Below, piece by piece: positions 36,884-48,596 of a stretch of DNA of 64,000 bases. The notes beneath the pieces were generated by a model that did no database searches, was not told the origin of the DNA, and was given only the letters and a program-made list of their open reading frames with translations. The stretch comes from Felis catus (lineage: Eukaryota), in contig NC_058368.1 in the NCBI RefSeq assembly GCF_018350175.1, positions 158,846,001 through 158,910,000 on the forward strand, in the 5' to 3' direction. Every line of letters begins with the position of its first letter. Position 1 is the first letter of the stretch. The position numbers and the translations under genes are program-made.

Positions 36884-37486
36884 TTTCTGCATTGATCCAC
36901 TGGTATTCTGCCATATCAAAATGCCATTCTTACATTCATGTTTGTTAGAAGTAAAAATTGTTACTAAGGCGGGAATGATAATACACATAGTCTAGCTGTC
37001 AGGGTAAACTTTCAGGCTACCCTATTAGTGGTGAATAAAACAGTTATTCAAGAGCGACTATGGTTTTTCTTGACAGTAAATTCTATAACAGGTTTTTTCA
37101 TCTGAGGCCTTCTTCTCCCCATTGGGACATGGAGAGATGCAAGCAAAGTTAAAAAGTAAAATTACATAGTTTATATCACCTGACACTTCACTCAAGCAAT
37201 CTTAGCTGAAACCTGAGAGTATATGGATGATACAAAACTGAATTCATGTGTTCCCTTGAGGTATTAGCTATGGTCAATTATCTCATTTATTTCAGACTGG
37301 CTTTTGGTTAGCAGTAAAAAGTTGGCTAAAAGTTAAACTCTCTGAAGAAGATTGAGTGTTTATTCTTTATTTTACTGAGAAGCCATAAGTTGGGATCTAT
37401 ATAAGCAGGGTCAATACAAGTAAAATCATATCTAAGGGCATTATTGCAAACTGCTGAATACCAAGTAAAAAGAGAAAAATCCTCCC

Positions 37487-37559
37487 AGCTTTATTGAGAT
37501 AAAATTGACATAGAAAACCGTATAAGTTTAAAGTGTATAATGTGATGATTTGATACATG
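37487..37559 (-). mobile_element. Very short L1MA-type 3' end nested in the older L1
   Basis: CAGCTTTATTGAGATAAAATTGACATA...AAAGTGTATAATGTGATGATTTGATA. Confidence 0.75.
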
Positions 37560-37570
37560 GGAACAGTATT

Positions 37571-37790
37571 TTTTTTAAATTTTTTTTCAACGTTTATTTA
37601 TTTTTGGGACAGAGAGAGACAGAGCATGAACGGGGGAGGGGCAGAGAGAGAGGGAGACACAGAATCGGAAACAGGCTCCAGGCTCTGAGCCATCAGCCCA
37701 GAGCCTGACGCGGGGCTCGAACTCACGGACCGCGAGATCGTGACCTGGCTGAAGTCAGATGCTTAACCGACTGCGCCACCCAGGCGCCCC
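37571..37790 (-). mobile_element. Young CanSINE (SINEC_Fc type)
   Basis: CpG-rich; TSD GGAACAGTATT at 37560-37570 and 37792-37802. Confidence 0.97.
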
Positions 37791-38273
37791 TGGAACAGTA
37801 TTAAAAGCACCCATAGGAGAAGACGTGTGAATCACACACAGGATTACAATGAAAAGAATGACACCTGAACAAGAACAATGGAAGACAGAACACATTTAAC
37901 ATCTTTAAAGTGTTGAGAGGAAACTAAAGAGTGTCACCTTAGAATCCTGTATCTACCAAAAATACCCTCCAAAAAGGATAGCCAATAGTTCCATTGTTAG
38001 ATGAAAAGCTTAGACAATTCATTACCAGCAGACCTATAAAATAAGAAATGCTGCAAATAACTTTTCAGGATGAAAAGGAATTATATTAGATTGAAAATTT
38101 AATGTATAAGAAAAATGAGAACTAGAAATGAAAACTATATGGGTAATTGCACAAGACTTCATATTGAAAAATTTTTCTTAATAGTTATTATTGAAGAAAT
38201 GAAGCACAAATGAAGGCAATTAAATGGAAATACACTATTTTTTAAGGTTTTTATTTTACATAAAGTGATAATA

Positions 38274-38440
38274 TTTTTAATTTTTTTAAGTTTATTTATT
38301 TTGAGCAAGGGGAGGGGCAGAGAGAGAGGAGAGAGCACCTGTGCTTCAGGCCTATGTGGGGTCAATCTCATGAGCTGTGAAATCATGACCGGAGCAGAAA
38401 TCAAGAGTCTGAGGCTTAACCACCTGAGCTACCCGGGTGA
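38274..38440 (-). mobile_element. Degenerate CanSINE with internal deletion
   Basis: T tail, GGGGAGGGGCAGAGAG, ATCATGACC..GAAATCAAGAGTC. Confidence 0.85.
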
Positions 38441-38500
38441 ACTAACACTGCAACTAAAATCAGATTTTCAAAATGGATAAAAAAGGAACTTTATGTTGTC

Positions 38501-38526
38501 TTTTTTTTTTAAACATTTTTTTAACG

Positions 38527-38585
<59 letters not shown>

Positions 38586-38773
38586 TATTTTTGAGACAGA
38601 AAAAGAGCATGAATTGGGGAGGGGCAGAGAGAGAGGGAGACACAGAATCGGAAGCAGGCTCCAGGCTCCGAGCCATCAGCCCAGAGCCCGACTCGGGCTC
38701 GAACTCACGGACCGCGAGATCGTGACCTGAGCTGAAGTCGGAGGCTTAACTGACTGAGCCACTCAGGCGCCCC
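38501..38773 (-). mobile_element. CanSINE with long (TTTA)n tail
   Basis: TSD TATGTTGTCTTTTT; many CpGs retained. Confidence 0.96.
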
Positions 38774-39058
38774 TATGTTGTCTTTTTAAACACAAAGATT
38801 CAGACAAATAAAAAAAATAAAAGAATGGAAAATACGTGCTGTGTAAATAGTATTATGTGGTTCAATTAAACCACATAGAGTAAAGTTAATCCAGGAGTAC
38901 TGCCAGAGATATAGGGAGGCACATAATACATGGGTTTTAAAATTACTGAAATAACTTAAGGGACAAATACAGGCCATATAATAAAAAGATAATCAGGAAA
39001 CCTAACTGTAAATACATGTGTACTTAACAGAGTTAAGTACTGCATGCCCACGGAGCCC

Positions 39059-39059
<1 letters not shown>

Positions 39060-39122
<63 letters not shown>

Positions 39123-39124
39123 CA
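39060..39124. repeat. (CA)n microsatellite
   Basis: Direct reading of the sequence. Confidence 0.97.
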
Positions 39125-39909
39125 AACTGACAAATAAAAATAGAGACTTTAATACTCTTCTCTCAATCATTAAAAATAAAAAGCAGTCTATAAAATAATG
39201 GAACAACACTGTCAATGACCTTAACCTAATTCTCACTTACAGAACACGACCATCAACAACTACAGAATACATATTATTCTTAAAAGCTCATTGGATATTC
39301 AATAATATAGACCATATATTGAACCATAAGAATAGTGCCAATACATTCCAAAAGACTGAAATCATGCGGAGTATGTTCTTTGACTATAACAAAATGAGAA
39401 ATAGAAAAACCCCAATTTTTTTTGTCAAACAAAACACTGCTAATCAGCACATGGGTCAAAGAAGACATCACAAAGGTAACTTAGAATAAATGAAACTAAC
39501 TTATAATAAAGAGACAAAATATCAAAAACTGTAGAATTCTGCTATAACAGTGTTTATAGTGAAACACTACATAGCTTTAAAAGCTCAGATTCAAATAGGA
39601 AAGGTTTAAAAGCAATGGTGTAAATCTATACCTTAAGAAACTGGAGAATGAAAGTAATTTAAACCCAAAGTGAAGAAAAGAAAGAAAATAAAGGTAAGAG
39701 CATAAAGCAATGAAATAAAAAATAAACAACTGAGAAAATTAACAAAACCCATCTAGAATTTTCATAGCATGCTTTGTGCATTCATGTCTTCAGAATGAAT
39801 TGATCCATGTGCAATATATTGTGAAGTTACATATGTACCCAGAATAACATGAATGATTCATTCATGCTACTTTTGAAAGATAACAGCATTATTTGATACG
39901 ATGTTAACT

Positions 39910-40335
39910 TGACAGCTTATTGAGCCCTTATAATGTGCTGACATACTCAAACACACTTACTCTTTTTTTTTTCTTTTTAATGTTTTTATTTATTTTGAAG
40001 GGCCAGACAGAGGGAGGGAGAGGGATAAGCCTAAGCAGGCTCCACATGGTCAGTGCACAGCCTGATGCAGGGCTCTGTCTCATGAGTCATGAGATCATGA
40101 CCTGAGCCCAAATCAAGAGGTGGATGCTTAGCCAACTAAGCCATCCATGTGCCCCAAACACACTTATTCTTAATAGCAGTAATGTAAAGCTTGTGTCCTT
40201 TTCATTTGATGTGTGAGGGAGCCAAATCTTGAAGGACTGAAGTAGTTTTGCCAAAACCACACAGTAAGTGGTAGAAACAGGATTTAAAATAAAGACTGAT
40301 CTGACCTCCACACCTGCACCCCTTTTTCCACATAG
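39910..40335 (-). mobile_element. MIR split by a CanSINE
   Basis: TTATTGAGCCCTTATAATGTGC left of the SINE; TTGCCAAAACCACACAGTAAGTGGTAGAAACAGGATTTAAA right of it. Confidence 0.7.
39964..40155 (-). mobile_element. CanSINE
   Basis: TSD AAACACACTTA(C/T)TCTT. Confidence 0.95.
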
Positions 40336-41109
40336 CTGTCTTGATAGGTAAGTTATTTATATATTTGTTGGTCTTTCTCTCTTTATTACAGTTCTTCTTA
40401 CAGCTCTTTTGTTATCAGTAGGTTTAGACTCTCTTGGACACTTTATTTTTACCATATAGTTTAGTTATTTGTTTAATTTGTTTTAAATCTGAAGTTAAAT
40501 ATACTTAATATGGAGTACTTTAGAACTTTATTATTGTACATTTAATATTTACTTTGTTATCTGTGTACTTTCCTAATGTCAAAATTGACCGTAACTTTTC
40601 TGAGTCACTACAAATAAGATTTTAAATCTTTAAAAAAAGAGGACTGTTTGTTAAATGATAAAAATAGTCAATTGGAGAAAAAAAACCGGTATTCTACAAA
40701 TGAAAACATTTTGCATGTTTTTATTTTAGTAATTTAATTATATGACTAAAGTGTCTGAACCTTGACGTTACTTGTTTTTCTACGCTGAAAAAGCACTCAG
40801 GCTTACATGTCTTCCAGTTTTCTATAACAAGTCATCTCACCCTCTAAAATACATTGTCTGCCTTTGTTGATGGTTTCAAAATATTTGAATGTTTACCTAG
40901 TATTTGCTGTGATAAGTGCTTTATACTCATTGTCTCCTTTAATTCTTATTATGGTCTTTAAATACGTAGAATTATCCCTATTTTATACATCAGAAACAGG
41001 CCCAGGTTATACAAATGGAAACTCAAGAACCAGTGTTTAGTTAGTTGAGATCCTCTTGATGCAAATCTTGTCCTCTTTATTTTGTAGGTACATTATTCAA
41101 TTTTGTAAA

Positions 41110-41785
41110 AGATTTTTTTGGAGTTTCACTTCATCTCCTGCCCCAAAACATAACATAGCCTCCCCCATTATCAACATTCGCCACTGGAGATGTAGATTTG
41201 TTACAGTTGGTGGACCTACACACTGGCTTATCATAACCACCCAAAGTCCCTAGTTTATATTATGGTTCACTGTTGGTGTTCTATATTCTGTTGGTTTGGA
41301 AAAATACATAATGATGTATATTCATCCTTATAATATCATACAGGGTTTTACTACCCTGAAAATACTGTGTTCTGCCTAGTCATCCACCTCCTTACACCCT
41401 TGCTCACTGGCAATGACTGATCGTTTTATTTTCATAGTTTTGCCTTTTCCAAAGTGTCACATAGTTGGAATCGTAAAGTATATTGCCTTTTCAGGTTGAC
41501 TTTTTCACTTAATAATAGTTATTAAAGTTTCTTCCATGTCTTCATAGCTTGATAGCTCATTTCTTTTCAGTGATGAGTAGTCTTCTATTTCTAGATATTC
41601 AGAGTTTATCCTTTTACCTACTGAAGGACATCTTGGTCACTTCCAGTTTTGGGCAATTATGAATAGTGTTGCTATAACTCATGAGCAGGTTTTTGTGTGA
41701 ATTTAATTTTTCAGGTCCTTTAGGTAAATCCCAAGGAGCATGATTGTTGGATCATATGAAAAGTAAGGTTAGTTTTACAAGAAAT
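41110..41785 (-). mobile_element. LINE-1 3' region (L1MC1/2-like)
   Basis: GCCTCCCCCATTATCAACAT, CACCCAAAGTCCCTAGTTTATATTATGGTTCAC, ACCTACTGAAGGACATCTTGGT. Confidence 0.85.
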
Positions 41786-42553
41786 AGTTTTCTACATTAT
41801 TGGATTTTGATATACTGCACACAAAGAATGATTGACAACTTGAGGCTATTTAGATGCATCATTTTATTTTCTGGAAGTATTTAGAGGAATGAAAAGCAAG
41901 TTGCTACCCTGGTAAACACCCCAGTTAACACCCTGGTGAAAACTAAAGCAGTTTTTAAAATTAAATCCTCATGATGAGCGTTTGTGATAGTATCTTATTA
42001 CTGTGATCGTGACTCAAAATGTAGCTTAAGTGTAAAATACCAATAGTATTTTTCAAACACTTGAAAATAATTCAATAGTGCATAGTTTGTCACTTAGTGA
42101 GCTTACTGACTCTGAGGGACAAGGCAGCTTCATAAGGGAATTAGTAGTTGGCTGAAAGTTTTCACAACCACAGTCCTGGAAGCTTGAAATTCAGAAGTAT
42201 AATTTTGCTGTAGTTGAATTTTGGACTTTGCTAAAAATCACACTATTTTCTTTGCATCTTTGCAAAATACTGTACTCATTGAAGGTAAAACAGATAAGTT
42301 TTTATTTTAAATAAGTTAGTTTTCTAGTTATATGTGAATGTGTTGTGGTCAAATGGCCAATTATCTTGCATTTATTAAGTAACTGAAATACCTTAAAATA
42401 TCTTTCTTTCTTTATACTAAACTTATCAGTGTACAATTAATCATGCATTATAAATGATTGGGTTGAATTCTTGACTTTCTTTTTAAATTATAAAATAGAT
42501 ACAGGAGATCATATAAAATTAATGCATACCTTAGTGAATTATCAAGTGTTACA

Positions 42554-42745
42554 GGGGCACCTGGGTGGCTCAGTCGCTTGAGCCTCTGACTTCAGCTCAG
42601 GTCACGATCTCATGGTTCGTGAGTTTGAGCTCCATGTAGAGCTCTATGCTGACAGCTCAGAGCCCAGAGCCTGCTTTGGATTCTGTGTTTCCCTCTTGGT
42701 CTGGTCCTCCCCCACTCATGCCTGTTCTGTCTCTCTTTCTCACTT

Positions 42746-42782
<37 letters not shown>

Positions 42783-42802
42783 ATAAGCATCATTTTTTTA
42801 AA
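42554..42802 (+). mobile_element. CanSINE with extended CT tract
   Basis: GGGGCACCTGGGTGGCTCAGTCG head, body, CT tract. Confidence 0.95.
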
Positions 42803-43529
42803 GTATTCTAGTAACCACAATTCACATTAAGGAATAAATTCTTGTTCAGACAACCTATGTCTTCCATGTGCCTTATCCCATTCATATCTGCCTGTTTCCC
42901 ATCAAAATTATATTCTGACTTTTTAGAAATCCCTCCTTTGCACTTAGTTGTTTTTTTTTTTAGTGCCAATGGGTATATCCTTAGGTCCCCTACGTTAGTC
43001 TTGCTCATTAAAAAGAAAAAAGCAAAAACAAATACAAAAAAACAACTCAATACACCTTTTAATCCAAAGATTGCCCTTCTATCACTTTCTTTTCAATTTA
43101 TCTTAGAACATCCTATCCTGTTTGATTTGTACAGTTTCTCATATTTGATACATGTTCCTGATTGCATACTTACAGTATAGTTCAATTTGTTTCTCTATTT
43201 TGTTTTCTTTTTCTCCTCTGTATTACCATATGGGGACCTGATCCTCAGGTTTGATCAGACACAGGTTGAGTCCCTTTGACAAGGTTTTGTTTTATATCAA
43301 GAGGCACAAATTGATTGGCTGTCTATGATGGTAGTGATCATTGATGCTCAATTTAGATTTAATGTTGCAAAATGTTGATAGTCCAATTTTATCATTTCTT
43401 TTAAATTGAATATAATACCTTAATATAAAGCTAAACAGCTTCACCTATTTGGTTATCTAGTGGTATAGTTCATTTAAAAAAAAAGGTAGGATAATGCTTT
43501 TTTTTCCTTCTAACCGTTTTTAAGATGCC

Positions 43530-43732
43530 TTTTATTTTATTCTTTTTTAATATTTTAAAAAATGTTTATTCATTTTTAAGACCCAGAGAGAGAGGGAGAC
43601 ACAGAATCTGAAGCAAGCTCCAGGCTCTAAGCTGTCAGCACAGAGCCCAATGTGGGGCTGGAACTCACAAACTGTGAGATCATGACCTGAGCCGAAGTCT
43701 GACGCTCAACCGACTGAGCCACCCTGGCACCC
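43530..43732 (-). mobile_element. CanSINE
   Basis: T tail, body GACACAGAATCTGAAGCAAGCTCCAGGCTC, head. Confidence 0.94.
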
Positions 43733-44337
43733 TTATAGTGACTTTTACAAGGATACATTGGTTTCCTATTGTCCTCTTAAAGTGATAGTTTATTAAGAGT
43801 GTCATTATGAATTGTAATACATTTTACTAGTTTCAATAAGGATATGATTTAAACTAAAATTTTGTGCAATGGAAGTCTCTTTAAGTTGTTTGAGTTCTTT
43901 GTACATGTTTTTGACTGTTTCTTGCTATAGGACTGAACAAGATGTTCCAGGACTATCTTGGACATTTCTTACCCCAGACCTGGAAAGATTGTGATTCAAG
44001 GCTATATTCTGGGCACTAGGAATTCTCATTCCTCCTGGGTTGGTCATTGTGCTATACCTTTTTAGGGAAAAGAGGTTATCCAGTAAAAATAAAATAATTG
44101 AGAAGGTTCATATCAAATACTCTCAGCTTAAATTCAAGTGTTTGTACTTAAATTTTTCTGTTGCTTCTGTATTTTCCACTGAGAATACTGGTTCTCAAGG
44201 ACAAGAATAAAGATACAATATCTCTAAATAACTCATTTGCTTTATCCCATTTTACACATAAAGCATACTCAGAAAAATATTAATACAACTACTATCAATT
44301 GTATTTTTGCATTTGTTCTCCCCATATTCTTCCCTCC

Positions 44338-44343
44338 TTTTAT

Positions 44344-44427
<84 letters not shown>

Positions 44428-44593
44428 ACCAAGCGGAGGAGGGGTAAAGAGAGCGAGAGAGGGTATCTCAATCAGGCTCTGTGCCATCAGAGCAGAGCCT
44501 GACATGGGACTCGAACTCATGAACTGTGAGACCATGACCTGGGCCAAAATCAAGAGTTGGATGCTTAACCAACTGACCTACCCAGGTGCCCCC
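44338..44593 (-). mobile_element. CanSINE carrying an (AC)n(AG)n compound microsatellite (about 44347-44427)
   Basis: Head CCCAGGTGCCCC; flanks TTC(C/T)CTCCTT. Confidence 0.94.
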
Positions 44594-45184
44594 TTCTCTC
44601 CTTAAAAAAAAAAAGTTTTTAAACAGTCATTATTATTATTATTCCCTCCCTCTTAAACCCCAGTGAGCATTAGTTCTATAGGTAACCATGAGAATTTATT
44701 TTGAGAGCTATTGAATCACTTTGGCTGACTGAGTTTTACTCTGTAAGAGTCCTCAGAAAAAGTTCATGGGAGCAATAGTATCTGAATCTTTTGCTCGTTC
44801 ATAAGATTTTTTTCTATGTTCTTTGTAATTGAAATTCAATTTCTCTGATTATCAAATCTTTGTATATTCCTTATTTATCTTAAATATGTTACTCTGTTTT
44901 CTTAGGACATGGAAACATTGATGTTGAAAGATGATTATTTTTCTTTGCCTTATAAATTACTTTGCATTTTTAGTCTTTTTTTGTATTTTACTGTAGCTTT
45001 CCTCTTGAGAAACTCTTGTTTATATATTGCCTATTTTTTATCTATCTTTAATGTTTGTCACTTTTTTCATATCCTTTATCTCCTTTCTCTCTTTGGTTGA
45101 AAATTTTTCTTCCTTTTCACCTTCTATATCTTAAGACTATATATGTTGTGTTCATTTTTGTCTCTCTAGTTTAATCCACATTAA

Positions 45185-45368
45185 TTAAAAAAAAATTAAA
45201 TGTTTGTCTTTCTGTCTCTCTCTCTCTCAAAAACAGAGTGTGAGCAGGGGAGGGGCAGAGAGAGAGAGGGAAACACAGAGTCTGAAGCAGGCTCCAGGCT
45301 CTGAGCTGTCAGCATAGAGCCCAATGTGGGGCTCCTAACCACAAACTGTGAGATCATGACCTGAACCA
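45185..45368 (-). mobile_element. 5'-truncated CanSINE with internal micro-inversion
   Basis: Body ends at GAGATCATGACCTGAACC; the GA tract appears as TC. Confidence 0.92.
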
Positions 45369-46559
45369 ATTCTAATTTATGTTGTTGTTTCATGTCTTAC
45401 TTCATTTACTTGATACTTTTAGCTTGTTTTGAAATAGAGGTTTGATTGTTTTGTGTACTTTTATTTCTGACATGTTTTTGTTCTCTGGAAGGATATCTTT
45501 TGCTCCTTATTTAATCATTGTTTTAATTTTTACAGGATTTGACCATGAGCTTGTTCAATTGCTCATGTTTATGCAAAATTGATTTCCATGAACTTGAAGA
45601 AAGTGTATGTAATTCAAGATAGTTTTTATAACTTCACTGAGCTCTACCTCTGTTGTGTTTGTGTAATGTTTTAAAATATGGTGATTTGCTTTCTGACATT
45701 TCCTGGCTGTTTCTCTTCACTACCTTACTCTTTTTCTTTTTTTGTTCTTATCTAATTAATTTCTAAATCTACTCCCTATTCTTAATCCTGCAGGATCTTG
45801 TTTGGAAGAGAGTTCGTGGCTGGTTAGTGGTGAGAGTTCAGAAGTTCTTCTACTGCTTTAGCCATTTATAGACTGAACTTTGGCTCTTGTGTTCATCTGT
45901 TAGTGGTTTGGAGATAATTACCCCCCTTTTCAGCTGTTCTTACATTAACCACTGAGGTTTCCAGCAGATTCCAACCTGGTGGACATTATGGTGTCCTCCT
46001 GTTAATAGGTCATTCCCAGGCTCTTTTATTTGACTTTTTTTTCCATCCTATATAGCCAATGATGCTGTGTAGGTCTTGGTTAGTTAGTAGTTTCTTACTT
46101 CTATTTTGGAGGTAGAGATACTTTGTTACCAACTGTAAATTTATCCACGAGTTTGAGTTTTGCTATTTTGTTGTGTGTCTATTTTTTTAAATAGATTTTC
46201 AGGGATTATTCAGAGATTAAAAAAAAAAAAACTATGCTGCTACCGCCACAATAGATTTGGGTTAAAATATTTACAGACATCCATGAAGCTTGAAATGACT
46301 TGATATTTTTACAAGTGCATGTGGTAAAAAATTCCTTTTACATAATTTTCAGTTTTAAAGATTGGAATTGGGTGTGTGGACCATGCTCAACTGCATAAGA
46401 GAGAAGTACTCTTCCTTTGAGTACTTTAAGAACGATGAGGACTATACTCCGTGCCTTCTTCCTATATATTCCCTGTGATAGCACATGCTATTCTTAAGCT
46501 ATGGTTCAACCAGAAATGGAAACACCTTCTGTATTTTTTATTTGTTCAGATACAAGTGT

Positions 46560-46820
46560 AGAACATTTATAATAAAATCTTAGATTTCTAAAGTATTTAA
46601 GGCTTTGCAAACTGCTTTATCATCCATGCTCCTATGGGAACTTCATAACAAAGCTATGAAGAAGTTGATGCCAGTGGTGTATGTATTTTCATTATTTTAC
46701 AGCTGAAGAAGCTAACCCTCAGAGATCAAGGACTTTACCAATATCACACATCTGGCATGTAGCAAAAATATAACTAGAACTAATATTACCTAATTCTCAA
46801 AACAGCAGTTTTTCCACAAG
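46560..46820 (-). mobile_element. MIR SINE
   Basis: ATTTTACAGCTGAAGAAGCTAACCCTCAGAGA..ACTTTACCAATATCACACA. Confidence 0.7.
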
Positions 46821-46904
46821 GAGTTCTGGGGCCTCCAACATTGTAGCAGATACTTATTTGCAACATAGTATCTGGATACATTTGCCATGAAAGCCATTTA
46901 TCCA

Positions 46905-47035
46905 GAGGTGCCTGGGTAGCTTAGTCTGTTGAGCCTCAGTCAGACTCTTGATTTCAGTTCAGGCCATCATCGCATGGTTATTAGATCGAGCCCACATAGG
47001 TTACTCTTTCTCTAAATAAATAAAACATTAAAATT
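46905..47035 (+). mobile_element. Degenerate, internally deleted CanSINE
   Basis: GGTGCCTGGGTAGCTTAGTC, GACTCTTGATTTCAGTTCAGG, AAATAAATAAAACATTAAAA. Confidence 0.85.
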
Positions 47036-47614
47036 TTTTTAATCCAATTATTACATATGCTGATTAAGCACCAAAACCATGTAATAGCAAACGGATTAAA
47101 TTTGCCAATATAATTTCACACCTCATTGCCTGATTTTTTTTCCTTTCTCAACTTAAAGCCAGTATTCAGCTTAACTCTGGAAGTAATTTATAAGACAATG
47201 CTATGAAAACCACAATAAAAATAGAGTAATCTACATTCTTTGTTTCCTTACCACCATGGCTAAGGTAGAAGTGTATTTGGTTAGGAGGAGGACCTCACAT
47301 GGATGAAGAATGTTGATTGCTATGTTTGAAAATTTGATTTGACATGTCTGTGAAGGGCTCATTCAGTAATCAGTTCTTGTCCTTATAGGGATATTTCTGC
47401 TTCATAGATTGGTTTTATTGCCAGATTTTACTGATTCTTGGATTCGGAGTGTCAGAGCTGATAGTGTTCCTAGAGATCATTGACTCAAACTCCCACTGTC
47501 TGTTCACCATATAAGTGAGGTGATGGAGCTCCAGAGGGTGTGGTTTTCTGACGTATCTTCCCTCTGTTGAAGGCTTTTTCTACTCTTCTCTTTCCTTATT
47601 AGATACTGAACCTC

Positions 47615-48130
47615 AACAGACACAAGGTCCTCAGGACCTGGCCCTACTTACCTTTACATGGTTCCACTTTCATTTTTAGTTCTACCAACTCTTTAAAATC
47701 TAGGCTCTGTTCAGGCTAAAATGTGTCGAAATCCAAGAAACTACCATGTTCTTACATCCTAGGACCTTGACATGCTCTGTTTCCTCAGCCTCAAAAACCA
47801 TCCTTAATTGTTTTTTGCCTGATTTCTATGTGAACTTTAGTGATGAGTTCCACTGAACTTCCCCAAGAAGTTTTACTTGGGCATCCCAAGCCCAGTTTTG
47901 TTGCCTTTCCCAATTGCTGCCATAGGATCCAAACACAGCACATCATAGAACCTATCAGGTGATGCTGAAGTAATTTTTTTTTTTTTGTCAGTATTCCCCA
48001 TTGGACTGAAAGCTTCAAGAAGTCAGGAAACTTGTCTGTTGCATTACGTGTTCCACAGCTGGTACTTATCTAGCATAGTGTGTACTATGAAAAGAGGGTT
48101 CCACTAAATGATTATTAGATGAATGACTGA
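47615..48130 (+). mobile_element. LINE-2 3' fragment
   Basis: CAAGGTCCTCAGGACCTGGCCCCTAC, TGGACTGAAAGCTTCAAGAAGTCAGG, TGAATGA tail. Confidence 0.75.
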
Positions 48131-48133
48131 ATT

Positions 48134-48360
48134 GGGGGCACTTGGGTTGCTCAGTCAGTTAAGCATCTGACTCCTGGTTTCAGCTCAAGTCATGATCTCA
48201 GTTTCTTGTGGTTTCTGCCTGAATCTGTTTCTGAGCTGATAGCATGGAACCTGCCTGGGATTCTGTCTCTCAATCTCTGTCTCGCCCTTCCCCACTCATT
48301 CTGTCCGTCTGTCTGTGTGTGTGTGTCTCTCCCTCTCTAAATAAGTAAATATACTCTAAA
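48134..48360 (+). mobile_element. CanSINE whose tail continues at 48602-48616
   Basis: TSD ATGAATGACT(G)AATT flanks this SINE and the next one together. Confidence 0.93.
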
Positions 48361-48369
48361 ACTTCTTCA

Positions 48370-48596
48370 TTTTTTTTTTAATTTCTAAAACCATTTTTAA
48401 TGGTTATTTACTTTTGAGGGAGAGACAGTGTGAGTGGGGGAGGGGCAGAGACAGAAGGAGATGCAGAATCTGAAGCAGGTTCCAGGCTCTGACCTGTCAG
48501 CACAGAGCCCGACGCAGGGGCTTGAACTCATGGACTGTGAGTTCATGACTTGATCCAAAGTCAGATGCTTAACCAACTGAGACACTCAGGTGCTCC
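48370..48596 (-). mobile_element. CanSINE nested antisense in the tail of the previous SINE
   Basis: T tail, body, head CAGGTGCTCC. Confidence 0.93.

Larger units (their letters stand above)
37410..39755 (+). mobile_element. Ancient LINE-1 internal fragment (ORF1 3' part and ORF2 endonuclease region), degenerate, with nested insertions
   Basis: AACAATGGAAGACAGAA..ACATCTTTAAAGTGTTGA, TAGAATCCTGTATC, ATTCATTACCAGCAGACCT, AGAGACTTTAATACTCTTCTCTCAATCATT, AACAACTACAGAATACATATT; no intact ORF. Confidence 0.85.
42480..46250 (-). mobile_element. Long ancient L1-family relic, possibly HAL1-like, interrupted by four SINEs
   Basis: L1MC-like 3' motifs (AAGATGTTCCAGG..ATCTTG..CCCAGACCTGGAA) followed by T-rich antisense ORF1-like sequence (GTTCATGGGAGCAATAGTATCTGAATCTTTTGC); boundaries uncertain. 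Confidence 0.5.

Noticed and set aside
37410..39755. L1 ORF1/ORF2 as a coding region
   Set aside because: Many stops and frameshifts plus nested SINEs; a non-coding relic
46405..46445. Hairpin AAGTACTC/GAGTACTT followed by GATGAGGAC, reminiscent of a hammerhead core
   Set aside because: Lacks the CUGANGA and GAAA core arrangement; an 8-bp stem is expected by chance
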